Source: Nemertoderma westbladi | Taxonomy: Eukaryota > Animalia > Xenacoelomorpha | NCBI GenBank assembly: GCA_032718475.1 | Contig: JAUCBJ010004841.1 | Coordinates: 1 to 32,532, forward strand | Length of the DNA: 32,532 nt | Direction: 5' to 3' | The notes under the pieces: generated by a model | Told to the model about the DNA's origin: nothing | Database searches by the model: none | The model's input: only the letters and a program-made list of their open reading frames with translations | Shown here: positions 21,001 through 32,532 of the stretch, piece by piece | Numbering within the stretch: the first letter of the stretch is position 1 | Layout: each line of letters starts with the position of its first letter | Position numbers and translations under genes: made by a program

Positions 21001-24000
21001 CCTCCCTTAGTGACTCTCACCCACAGACATTCAACACAGTTAGCGCTCCCTTAGTGACTCTCACCCACAGACATCCAACACAGTTAACCCTCCCTTAGTG
21101 ACTCTCACCCACAGACATTCAACACAGTTAGCGCTCCCTTAGTGACTCTCACACACAAACATCCAACACAGTTAACCCTCCCTTAGTGACTCTCACCCAC
21201 AGACATTCAACACAGTTAGCGCTCCCTTAGTGACTCTCACACACAAACATCCAACACAGTTAACCCTCCCTTAGTGACTCTCACCCACAGACATTCAACA
21301 CAGTTAACCCTCCCTTAGTGACTCTCACCCACAGACATTCAACACAGTTAGCGCTCCCTTAGTGACTCTCACACACAAACATCCAACACAGTTAACCCTC
21401 CCTTAGTGACTCTCACCCACAGACATTCAACACAGTTAACCCTCCCTTAGTGACTCTCACCCACAGACATCCAACACAGTTAACCCTCCCTTAGTGACTC
21501 TCACCCACAGACATTCAACACAGTTAGCGCTCCCTTAGTGACTCTCACCCACAAACATCCAACACAGTTAACCCTCCCTTAAGCGACTCTCACACACAGA
21601 CATCCAACACAGTTAACCCTCCCTTAGTGACTCTCACACACAGACATCCAACACAGTTAACCCTCCCTTAGTGACTCTCACACACAGACATCCAACACAG
21701 TTAACCCTCCCTTAGTGACTCTCACCCACAGACATTCAACACAGTTAGCCCTCCCTTAGTGACTCTCACCCACAGACATTCAACACAGTTAGCGCTCCCT
21801 TAGTGACTCTCACACACAGACATCCAACACAGTTAACCCTCCCTTAGTGACTCTCACCCACAGACATTCAACACAGTTAGCGCTCCCTTAGTGACTCTCA
21901 CCCACAGACATCCAACACAGTTAACCCTCCCTTAGTGACTCTCACCCACAAACATCCAACACAGTTAACCCTCCCTTAAGCGACTCTCACACACAGATAT
22001 CCAACACAGTTAACCCTCCCTTAGTGACTCTCACACACAGACATCCAACACAGTTAACCCTCCCTTAGTGACTCTCACCCACAGACATCCAACACAGTTA
22101 GCGCTCCCTTAGTGACTCTCACCCACAGACATCCAACACAGTTAACCCTCCCTTAGTGACTCTCACCCACAGACATCCAACACAGTTAACCCTCCCTTAA
22201 GCGACTCTCACCCACAGACATCCAACACAGTTAACCCTCCCTTAGTGACTCTCACCCACAGACATCCAACACAGTTAACCCTCCCTTAGTGACTCTCACA
22301 CACAGACATCCAACACAGTTAACCCTCCCTTAGTGACTCTCACCCACAGACATCCAACACAGTTAACCCTCCCTTAGTGACTCTCACCCACAGACATCCA
22401 ACACAGTTAACCCTCCCTTAGTGACTCTCACACACAGACATCCAACACAGTTAACCCTCCCTTAGTGACTCTCACCCACAGACATTCAACACAGTTAGCG
22501 CTCCCTTAGTGACTCTCACACACAGACATCCAACACAGTTAACCCTCCCTTAAGCGACTCTCACCCACAGACATCCAACACAGTTAACCCTCCCTTAAGC
22601 GACTCTCACCCACAGACATCCAACACAGTTAACCCTCCCTTAAGCGACTCTCACCCACAGACATCCAACACAGTTAACCCTCCCTTAGTGACTCTCACCC
22701 ACAGACATCCAACACAGTTAACCCTCCCTTAGTGACTCTCACCCACAGACATCCAACACAGTTAACCCTCCCTTAGTGACTCTCACCCACAGACATCCAA
22801 CACAGTTAACCCTCCCTTAGTGACTCTCACCCACAGACATCCAACACAGTTAACCCTCCCTTAGTGACTCTCACCCACAGACATCCAACACAGTTAACCC
22901 TCCCTTAGTGACTCTCACCCACAGACATCCAACACAGTTAACCCTCCCTTAGTGACTCTCACCCACAGACATCCAACACAGTTAACCCTCCCTTAGTGAC
23001 TCTCACACACAGACATCCAACACAGTTAACCCTCCCTTAGTGACTCTCACCCACAGACATCCAACACAGTTAACCCTCCCTTAGTGACTCTCACCCACAG
23101 ACATCCAACACAGTTAACCCTCCCTTAGTGACTCTCACCCACAGACATCCAACACAGTTAACCCTCCCTTAGTGACTCTCACCCACAGACATCCAACACA
23201 GTTAACCCTCCCTTAGTGACTCTCACCCACAGACATCCAACACAGTTAACCCTCCCTTAGTGACTCTCACCCACAGACATCCAACACAGTTAACCCTCCC
23301 TTAGTGACTCTCACACACAGACATCCAACACAGTTAACCCTCCCTTAGTGACTCTCACCCACAGACATCCAACACAGTTAACCCTCCCTTAGTGACTCTC
23401 ACCCACAGACTCCAACACAGTTAACCCTCCCTTAAGCGACTCTCACACACAGACATCCAACACAGTTAACCCTCCCTTAAGCGACTCTCACCCACAGACA
23501 TCCAACACAGTTAACCCTCCCTTAGTGACTCTCACACACAGACATCCAACACAGTTAACCCTCCCTTAAGCGACTCTCACCCACAGACATCCAACACAGT
23601 TAACCCTCCCTTAGTGACTCTCACCCACAGACATCCAACACAGTTAACCCTCCCTTAGTGACTCTCACCCACAGACATCCAACACAGTTAACCCTCCCTT
23701 AGTGACTCTCACCCACAGACATCCAACACAGTTAACCCTCCCTTAAGCGACTCTCACCCACAGACATCCAACACAGTTAACCCTCCCTTAGTGACTCTCA
23801 CACACAGACATCCAACACAGTTAACCCTCCCTTAGTGACTCTCACACACAGACATCCAACACAGTTAACCCTCCCTTAAGCGACTCTCACACACAGACAT
23901 CCAACACAGTTAACCCTCCCTTAAGCGACTCTCACCCACAGACATCCAACACAGTTAACCCTCCCTTAGTGACTCTCACCCACAGACATCCAACACAGTT

Positions 24001-24471
24001 AACCCTCCCTTAGTGACTCTCACCCACAGACATCCAACACAGTTAACCCTCCCTTAAGCGACTCTCACCCACAGACATCCAACACAGTTAACCCTCCCTT
24101 AGTGACTCTCACCCACAGACATCCAACACAGTTAACCCTCCCTTAAGCGACTCTCACACACAGACATCCAACACAGTTAACCCTCCCTTAAGCGACTCTC
24201 ACCCACAGACATCCAACACAGTTAACCCTCCCTTAAGCGACTCTCACCCACAGACATCCAACACAGTTAACCCTCCCTTAAGCGACTCTCACCCACAGAC
24301 ATCCAACACAGTTAACCCTCCCTTAGTGACTCTCACCCACAGACATCCAACACAGTTAACCCTCCCTTAAGCGACTCTCACACACAGACATCCAACACAG
24401 TTAACCCTCCCTTAAGCGACTCTCACCCACAGACATCCAACACAGTTAACCCTCCCTTAAGCGACTCTCAC
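18034..24471. repeat. 44/45-bp tandem satellite (CAACACAGTTAACCCTCCCTTAGTGACTCTCACCCACAGACATC)n, roughly 146 copies, intronic
   Basis: Period 44 (unit starts at 18034, 18078, 18122). A 45-bp TTAAGCG variant occurs. The array abuts the exon at 24472. Confidence 0.99.
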
Positions 24472-24645
24472 CTCGCTGGTTGAAGAAGCACCGGGTTGGA
24501 GGGGCATCATTCCAGGCCATCCTGTCGCCCATGGATACATGGGGTAGACAGCGGGATTCGATTCGACACCAGAACCGATTACTTTGTTTGCCATGGCACC
24601 CGGGAGGGGTCGACCTTGGGCTGCGGCGGCGACTTGTTGTTGTGC
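24472..24645 (-). CDS. Host gene internal exon (AQQQVAAAAQGRPLPG...PGASSTSE)
   Basis: CTAAT branch point, poly-C tract and CAG acceptor; GAG|GTGAGA donor; 174 nt, phase 0-0, open frame. Confidence 0.85.
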
Positions 24646-26119
24646 CTGGGGGGGGGGGGGGGGGGGGGGGGGTAAAAACAATTAGGGCCTAGCGACAGGT
24701 TCAGGTTGCATACAGTTTACTACGGGGCCAATGTATTCATTGCACCTCCGCCCGTTAGTATGTTTGCCCGTGGTGAAGTGCAATAAACTTTTGAGGCATC
24801 TTTAGTAAAATAAATTAATTAAATTTTGGTTTTAAAATACTGCCCTACCCCATTTTTGGTGAACCAAAGATGCTATATCCTCATTTCCAAAGTTTGAAAA
24901 TGCATTCGATGAAATCTAGATTATTACATAAGAAAAATAAAAAATGTTAATATAAAATGTGTACCAAATTTTTATGTACAACCTGTGGCGACAAATACAA
25001 AAACTAGAGTGTTGCTTTTTTATCTCCCATTTGAGGAATTCTACAAGAAATTTGGGACTATTAAATTTTGCATTTGGGAGCAACATCAATTCTTGACTCA
25101 AAGGTGAAGAATAGCGCACCCCCCCCCCCCCCCCCCCCCCCACCTCCTTGCTATGCTAAATTAGTGTTTAAAAAAAATTGTATTAGATAATTTTTTATAG
25201 AATTTTATCTTTCTATTTTTCATCTAGAGCAGATTTATATCAAGATTCCAAATATTAAAACCTTTAGCAAGATCTGTCTTACTCCTCGAGATATGGCTGA
25301 CTGTCCGTTTTACTGTCGGTCTGTCCGCCAGTATGTCTCCAAAACAATAGGAAGCATATATCTCTCTAAAAATTGTATTTCTGATGTTAGTATTCAAATT
25401 TGGCCTCGTCTTTTCCGTCTGTATGCCTGTCAGTCTGTCCGTCAAAATATAACCGACAGCCAAACAGACAATTTGGAAGACATTAAAACTGACACTGGAA
25501 ATGAATTCTGCGACAAGGAAAACCACCATAGCAAAAATCTTAGCATGGCTTTGTGGTCTCGTGTTGCTATATATATTGACAGACAATTTTTGCGCGGGAA
25601 GGTTCAAAATGTAAAGGCAATTATCTCGGAATGGAATGTTTTCAGTTTTAAATCACAACTCATCCGCCATTTTTCAATCTATTTGTAAGTTGTTGGTATC
25701 AAATTAAATGCGCAATAATAAAATTTGAGCACTTTTTAGTTTTGTAATAATTGTTCATCTGTTATAACTTTTTTTACTAAAAAAACAACTGTTTTGAAAA
25801 TTAGAAAAAAAATTATTTTGAAAAATAGCGGTATTTTACACCTTCTTATTACAACTTCTCTCTACAAGCATAACAAAGGAGACGCATTTTAAGACAAAAA
25901 TTAAAATTTTTACTCTGCCCGTTCGCTAAGGGGCGGCAAAAATGATTTTTTTCTTTGAAAATATTAAAATACAATACAGTCCACCCAAAATGTATAAATA
26001 ACACTTTTAATCGCTTTTTGGTGCAGTACGCATTTCAAAATGATGACTTCCCCTTAAGGTAACTCACGTATTTAATATACATCGCCCCCATGCGGTTACC
26101 ACGAGAATCGGTTGCCTAC

Positions 26120-26287
26120 CTGTATGTACCGCGCCATATAATCGTTGGCTGACATGTTAGACGAGGCGCTAGTAGCGGCGCTAGATGGCGCTGTAGGAAT
26201 GTTGTAGTACTGCGCCATAAGCGCGGCCGCTTGGAGGTCCGGTGAAACCACAGACGTCGATGTAGGTGGGTTCGCTGATTGTTGTTG
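26120..26287 (-). CDS. Host gene internal exon (QQQSANPPTSTSVVSPDLQAAALMAQYY...DYMARYIQ)
   Basis: TTTATTACCATAG acceptor; CAG|GTAGGC donor; 168 nt, phase 0-0; GC-rich relative to its flanks. Confidence 0.85.
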
Positions 26288-26606
26288 CTATGGTAATAAA
26301 TAATATGAATAGTTCAATTACTCAATTCGCTGCAATTGAGCGAAAACCGATAATCGAAGTGAGTTGTTTCGTACCAGTGGAGTGATACTAACGCCCACGT
26401 GAAGAATACTAGGTTTTCACTTTTCGGTCGAAATTCTAGTGGAATTTCATATGAAGAATTTATATTTTTCCAAACTTCTCCTTATTAAGTGTTTTATAGC
26501 GCTTACTTCTATCTTATAACCTGTATAACTTATTCGTTTATTGTTTTGGTTAGAATCAGCCCTTCTGAAACCTGCGGTTTTAATGAAAACCTGGTTTTCT
26601 TCATTT

Positions 26607-26714
26607 GGGGTAAACTGCAAAGTGAAATATAACTGCAGAAAGTCTGGTATACTTCACATGGGGGTAAACTGCAAAGTGAAATATAACTGCAGAAAGCCTG
26701 GTATACTTTACATG
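26607..26714. repeat. 54-bp tandem duplication (2 copies), intronic
   Basis: GGGGTAAACTGCAAAGTGAAATATAACTGCAGAAAG... at 26607 and 26661, two mismatches. Confidence 0.95.
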
Positions 26715-26874
26715 GGCCGATACTACACATGAACTTTCAGTTTCAATTAACACGCGATTAGGTGGACGTGCGGTACAGCATTGTCTATATAGGGGCCTAG
26801 TGCTGTAAGTGAATAATAATGTCGCTAAGACAACCACTAAACATAGGATTAGGACGTGACTAGGAGTAACGAAC

Positions 26875-26957
26875 CTGTTTATTAATGTCAGCCATCGCCA
26901 TCATTGATGCGTACTGGTCCATGTAATTCTGATTGGTGGAGGAACGATCGCTAGAAT
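26875..26957 (-). CDS. Host gene internal exon (DSSDRSSTNQNYMDQYASMMAMADINKQ)
   Basis: TTTTATTTAACAG acceptor; CAG|GTTCGT donor; 83 nt, phase 1-0, compatible with both neighbouring exons. Confidence 0.82.
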
Positions 26958-27342
26958 CTGTTAAATAAAACAGGTCAATATTCAATTATTGTATTATGAT
27001 AAAATTTCACCTATAAATATCGCGTAAATCTTACACACAACGGATGAATGGAAACCCTCTGTAAATAATGGCGGCCATTTTAGGATATAAGTGAATGAAC
27101 ACGTTAAAGTTATAACTATGATAATTTCGATGATTTAAATGATGATTTAAAGGAATTTCAGTTTGTTCGCATATACATGTGGACAAAATACCCTAGGAAA
27201 GATTTTCTACTTATTACTAACTATAGAATCTCAATTCAGTCGAATAGGAATATTCAAAGCGCAAAGCCAATGGAACTGGAAGACACGTTTTACGGCTTCA
27301 ACTTGGATGGGAATATCGGAGGTGGTGTTTTAGCTCAGGTGG

Positions 27343-27822
27343 CAGTGGACTGTGGGAGGATATGTGGCTGTGCGGAGGATATGTGGCTGTGTTGGGAGGA
27401 TATGTGGCTGTGGGGAAGAAATGTGGCTGTGTGTGGAGGATATGTGGCTGTGTGGGGAGGATTTGTGGCTGTGTGGGGGGATATGTGGCTGTGTCGAAGA
27501 TATGTGGCTGTGGGGAGGGCATGTGACTGTGGTGAAGATATGTGGATGTGTGGGGATGATATGTGGCTGTGTGTGGAGGATATGTGGCTGTGTGTGGAGG
27601 ATATGTGGCTGTGGAGAGGATATGTGGCTGTGGGGGGAGGATATGTGGCTGTGTGGGGAGGATATGTGACTGTGAGGAAGATATGTGGCTGTGTGGGGAG
27701 GATATGTGACTGTGAGGAAGATATGTGGCTGTGTGGGGAGGATATGTGGCTGTGTGGGGAAGATATGTGGCTGTGTGGGGAGGATATGTGACTGTGGGAA
27801 GATATGTGGCTGTGTGGGGAGG
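27343..27822. repeat. Degenerate 19-21 bp minisatellite (GAGGATATGTGGCTGTGTGGG)n, intronic
   Basis: More than 20 visible units with variable G-run length. Confidence 0.95.
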
Positions 27823-28764
27823 ACAACTTATTGAAGCGCAATGCCACTATGGGCATCCCACGTCCACTGGCACAACCCAAAGGAGTTCCCATAGACAGAG
27901 TCATTTAATTGATTCAACGACTTTGGCAAATAATTCCAAGAAATATAATTGGTTTTTGGAATTCGTTAGTTAAAGTGTGATGGTGACCTGAACATGTAAA
28001 TAATGAAGGACTGCACTAGAAGGCAAAGTAGACTGAGTTTGATTTTGGCGGACTAGGTTTTGGAAAACTGGTCACATGGTTATACAGTAGCTAGCTAGAA
28101 TATTTCTAAAAAATTTACGGGCAAATATGTAACTATAATTGATTGCCCAGAATTTAGTTTGAGTACTTTATATTCATAGAATGGTAACCATGATGACGTT
28201 ACCAGGCAACTAATCATACAGAAATTATCAGCTGTTTATCTCATGTTTTTGAATTATAATTTACATTATTTACCAAAACCCAACCCTTAACTACAAAATT
28301 CCAAGTATAATTTCCACCCTGCATTATTATTATTTGAAGATATTAAACTATTTGACACGAACTCTTGATAGACGAAACACCCTATATCAGCTTTCAGTTT
28401 CATTTGTCGCCAACATTTTCGAGGCAAAACACCCTATAAAATCTTTTCAGCATTTTTTAAGCTCCCAAATTACAAAAGTTGTGCATCTTGCATTTGAAAT
28501 TCTAAGTTAGTATATTTGGGTGACATGCAGTTCAAATTCTGGTATCCAGGCAGCTGTTGTAGGCCTATAACATGTATAAGAAAACGCGTTGCGTTAAATT
28601 ACTCAAATCATGATTTGTGGAGATAGGGTATTTTGCCTTAAGACGGCAGTATAATACGTTGTCTGCCTTAAATAAAATGGTTTTAATGAAAATATAATAT
28701 ATGATGAAAAAAACGTATTTTAACAATGATGGACAATATATTGGATGGTTATAAAGGAACATAC

Positions 28765-28903
28765 CAAGAGAACCGGATGTCTCCTGTTTTCCCAAAGTGA
28801 AATTATTGTTTGCCGTTGCCGTAGAAACTTGTGGGTTGATCATCAGTTGGGTACCTGGAATGAGGGGTTGCCCCACTAGTCCGACAGGGGGCGCCATAGC
28901 TCG
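28765..28903 (-). CDS. Host gene internal exon (RAMAPPVGLVGQPLIPGTQLMINPQ...KQETSGSL)
   Basis: TATTTCCAACAG acceptor; G|GTATGT donor; 139 nt, phase 0-1. Confidence 0.82.
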
Positions 28904-29667
28904 CTGTTGGAAATATAATAAATTCATTAGCTATCTGCGTATATGTACAGCGCGGAGACGGTAAATACTTAATCACCGATACAAAGAGAGCAAAAAAATG
29001 GCCCAAAATAAAGGGTATAAAAACAGAAATATGAAGTGAATGTGAAATTAGTTTATTGTTTTGGATGTTGAGTCATCTGGGTCACTAAAGCTCCCATAAT
29101 TATTATTATACAAATTATAAAAATCCATTTATAAAACTTTTTTAAATAATTTTTTGTGACCATTTCCACCATTTCCTCCAACAATCCTAACTGTGACCAA
29201 TGTTGATCCTGTTTTGTTCACGAAACATAAGGCTGAATATGGAATTCTAAATAAATACATTCTTAGAGGAGGGGCGATATACAGAAAAGTGGCCAAATCA
29301 GAGTCATTTTTAAAAAATAAAGTTTCTCATAACCCAACATTTGATATATATTATGAAAACTCAGAGTCTGTAGAGTCTCACCAGTCCCAGACTCCCAGAC
29401 AGATAGAGTCCCAGAGTCTCACTGACCACCCCCCCCCCCCCCCCCACATATCTTATCGGACACTATCAGACTTCTTACCGGTATTGCATTTACCCTGTAT
29501 ATTATTGCATATACTGATTCATGATTTACTGTGTATACTGCTCATTATTATTTATCAATATATATTGGATGTTTATTTGCATTATTGTTTATTATCATAT
29601 TACGTGACGACGATCGTCATACTGGTGACCCGGACGAGATGGACGACCCATCACTAGGGGCTATCTA

Positions 29668-29729
29668 CTAGCCAGTAGTCAGTAGCCAGTAGTCAGTAGT
29701 CAGCAGCCAGTAGCCAGTAGTCTACTACT
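29668..29729 (-). repeat. 7-bp tandem 3' tail of the RTE LINE, (CTACTGR)n on the minus strand
   Basis: AGCCAGT/AGTCAGT units directly follow the LINE 3' UTR. RTE elements typically end in short tandem repeats. Confidence 0.75.
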
Positions 29730-32532
29730 AGGATCGGCATGCTGCATTGCAGCTGCATTTCTAAGAATGCTGTGCCGGCTTATCAACAAAATTGCACCGC
29801 CACAACTCCCTATCACCCATGACATTTGCTAGATCATCCGCATCTTCAAGGCCAGTGTCCTTTAAGATGCGTCTCAAGAAAGTCATGGGCTGTCCACCAT
29901 GCTTATTCACTCCATGAGGCTGCCAAAGTACAAGATTATGCACTGGCTGGTCCTCACGGCGAAAGCAATGTCCTGCAAAGCGGAGGCGATTTTGTTCTAG
30001 TGTCAAGCTTGGGGGAACCAATGAGACACCTCCAATGTTATATAGTGTCTGGTTGGAGATGTGTGCATTGTACTTGACACAATGAACCCGGCGTAGCATT
30101 CTTGTGAATGTGCCATCCAGAGATTTGGTGTCCTCAGCAGTTAGAGCCCAGCATGGACTCCCATAGAGGAGTACTGGAACTACTGCTGCTCTAAATAATC
30201 GGACCTAAAGTTTCCGATTAATTCTCGCTGACTTCCAAATCCTGGAAAGCCTATTCAAGGCTGCCCATGCCTTTCCCTTACGTATTCGAAGGTCCTCACC
30301 TGACTTCCGGATCCATGATCCCAGGTAACAGAAGTCATCCACATGCTCAAGCATACCATCTTTTGAGCTTATGCTCATCCGATCAGAGACTTGCTGAGGA
30401 CTTTCAAAGTTAACTGGCAAAATTTTGGTCTTTCTGGAGTTAATAAAAAGACCAACACTAGAAGCAGCATGTTCTAATGAGCTGAGGAGCCGTTGGGCTC
30501 CCTCTAGTGATTCCTTCGACTTCTGGAGCCAGTAGGTGGAGTTATCATCACCCCATCTTCATTATTTATGATCTAAGGACATGCGTAGAAAATAGTCAAC
30601 CACAATTATGAACAAGAATGGTGCAAGTGTGTCTCCCTGGAGGACGCCCCATAACACTTCAAATGGTTCTGTGTCACCGTCAACAGTAGACACAAATGTT
30701 GTCGAACCATCGTATACTGATCTGATTACTGCAATAATTTCATCAGGAATCCCATATAATGAAAGTATGCTGAACATACGTGAGCGAGAGACTGAATCAA
30801 AGGCCTTGAAGAAGTCAACAAAGATAACAGCCAGATACCTGTCTTTCTTTTTTGATAACTCTTCAATTATCCTTCTAAGTGCCAAAATGGGCTCCATGGT
30901 CCCACGACCTTTACGGAACCCATTCTGATTTCCACGGAGCAGTCTCTCAATGGGATCCCTGATGCGATTTAATAGAATCCTATTGTATAGCTTTGCAGCA
31001 ATCGAGATCAATGAGATTCCCCGAAAAGAACCATAGAGTGTTAGGTTGCCCTTCTTGGGAACTGGCACCAACTTATTTGTTTTCATTTCTTGTGGGACTC
31101 TTGTTGTTCGGTACATGTCTACTATGATGGGATAGATGAGCTTTAAACAATCAGGTATTTTAAAGACCTCAGGGGGAACACTATCTACTCCACTGGCACG
31201 ATTGGTCTTAATGCTCTTTGCAGCAGCCTTCACTTCTAGAAAGGAGATATCGCCAATGGGAATATCTGGGAGTACAGATTCAGACACTTTTACTTCTATA
31301 AAGTTATCAGGCAATACCCTGTCATTATTGAGGAGCTTTTCAAAGTGGGCCTTCCAACCATTGAGGCGATCGGCTGGTGATTCAGCCTTAACCTTGGTGG
31401 TTGGTTGGCTTTTCCGCCCAGTAAGCAAGTTGATCGATTTCCATGCCTGGGATGATTGCCTGCTGTCGTCAGCATCATTGATGGCATCAACCTGTTGGTT
31501 TATTAGCTCCTGTAGATTAACAGAGTACTGCCTGTTCAGGGACCTAGATGCAGCCTTAACTGCATTCTTGGCCGCTGTAGTCTGTTTGAGTCGGGACTCT
31601 TTCTGCGCATTATATAGGTCATTTCGGCACTTCTGGATTTTGTTGTCAGTCCAGGGGGCCCTTTTCCTGTTTCGAGGGTATACAGGAACTGTTTCTGCAG
31701 CTGCTAACTTAACTGCTTCTGTGAAGGCAGTATAGCCCTCGCAGTGATCTGCCGCCTCAGAGGCAAGAACCTCATACCTGTTGCTCAGCTGTAGTGTGAA
31801 GCTGGATCTCACACTTGGCTGTTGCAACAGAGAGGACCAGTCATGCCGCGGCAAGGCAGATTTCGTTGTTCTGCTAGCACGCAGACTAAGTCTTACCTTG
31901 GCCACAATAAGGCGGTGATCACTGGAGAAGGGTCGAAGTGTAAATGCATTACAGTCTTGTATAGAGCTCCTGTACTTCCTACGAAACAGAATATGGTCTA
32001 TCTGGGACCACTGGGTCCACTATGAGTCCATAGCTTTCCAGTTCGCTTCTTGAACTGGGTTCCAGCCGAAAACAATCCATTTCCAGAGATGAAATCCTGC
32101 AGATGGACGGAACTTCGGTTGACACTATTGCTATAGACCCAGGGCGATGTAGGTGATAGATGCAGACTTGCATTAAAGTCTCCCGGGAATGTTAAGAATG
32201 CATGCTGATCCACTCCATCAGTAGCTGCTTGTAGATTGTGGTAGAAATTTTCCACCTCCTCTACAGGGGCAACACTAGTTGGAGAGTAGCACACAATCAG
32301 AACCACCTTAGGAAACTTCTTAGCCAGTCTTCCAGAACATGAGAAATGGCAACGGATGATGCGGTTAGAGATTTGGTCTATTTTGTCCAATGCTGCATGT
32401 GCAGTTGGATTCATCAATAGACCAATACCACCATTGCCACTATCATCTGCTGACGCCAGGGCGAGTTGCCAACCGCCCCCCATGTCCTTAATCAGAACCT
32501 CATCAGTCTGACCAGTCTGCACTCGGTGCTCT
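29668..32532 (-). mobile_element. RTE-clade non-LTR retrotransposon (APE endonuclease plus RT), inactive, runs off the right edge of the window
   Basis: APE motifs GIGLLM, CYSPT, GDFNA, IDHIL and SDH. RT motifs PKKG, FRGISL, QNGFR, FVDFFKAFDSV and GVLQGDTLAPFLF. C-terminal LLYGSPCW and RLRFAGH. Lesions: frameshifts at ~32005 and ~30565, a deletion at ~30515 and an in-frame TAG at 30205. Confidence 0.96.

Noticed and set aside
18034-24471. CRISPR array or telomeric repeat
   Set aside because: Head-to-tail units with no unique spacers and no cas genes, in a eukaryotic context. There is only one TAACCC per 44 bp.
25224-25688. Overlapping 127-aa and 131-aa ORFs with CTGTC-type motifs
   Set aside because: No recognisable protein features. 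Probably a decayed intronic repeat whose ends I cannot define.
27177-27973. Several Cys/Trp- or His-rich ORFs
   Set aside because: Translations of a minisatellite with variable unit length inside an inferred intron.
30608-32173. + strand ORFs and alternate-frame ORFs over the LINE
   Set aside because: Antisense or shifted-frame shadows of the RTE coding sequence.

Overview
Eukaryotic, invertebrate-like genomic DNA that is rich in repeats; there is no sign of prokaryotic genes or CRISPR. From left to right: (1) the 3' end of a BEL/Pao LTR-retrotransposon pol with an internal deletion, then a PPT and LTR-like segment; (2) a ~4.7 kb unexplained module containing a duplicated ~179-nt structured-RNA unit with compensatory base changes, a TATA-preceded orphan ORF, and an intact 591-aa ORF with three zinc knuckles that ends just before a second PPT+TGT; (3) a candidate compact spliced + strand gene; (4) a 5.7-kb 18-bp satellite and a MIR-like CORE-SINE; (5) a hAT-like non-autonomous element carrying a Helitron-like insert, an RTE LINE 3' fragment and a G-rich 12-bp array; (6) the last five coding exons of a minus-strand host gene (low-complexity C-terminus, bipartite NLS), whose last intron is almost entirely a 44-bp satellite starting at the splice donor; (7) a degraded intronic RTE-clade LINE. 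Most long ORFs in the ORF track are repeat artefacts. The most novel-looking signal is the structured RNA plus zinc-knuckle module attached to the BEL/Pao 3' end. All structures and splice models were derived by eye and have not been computed.
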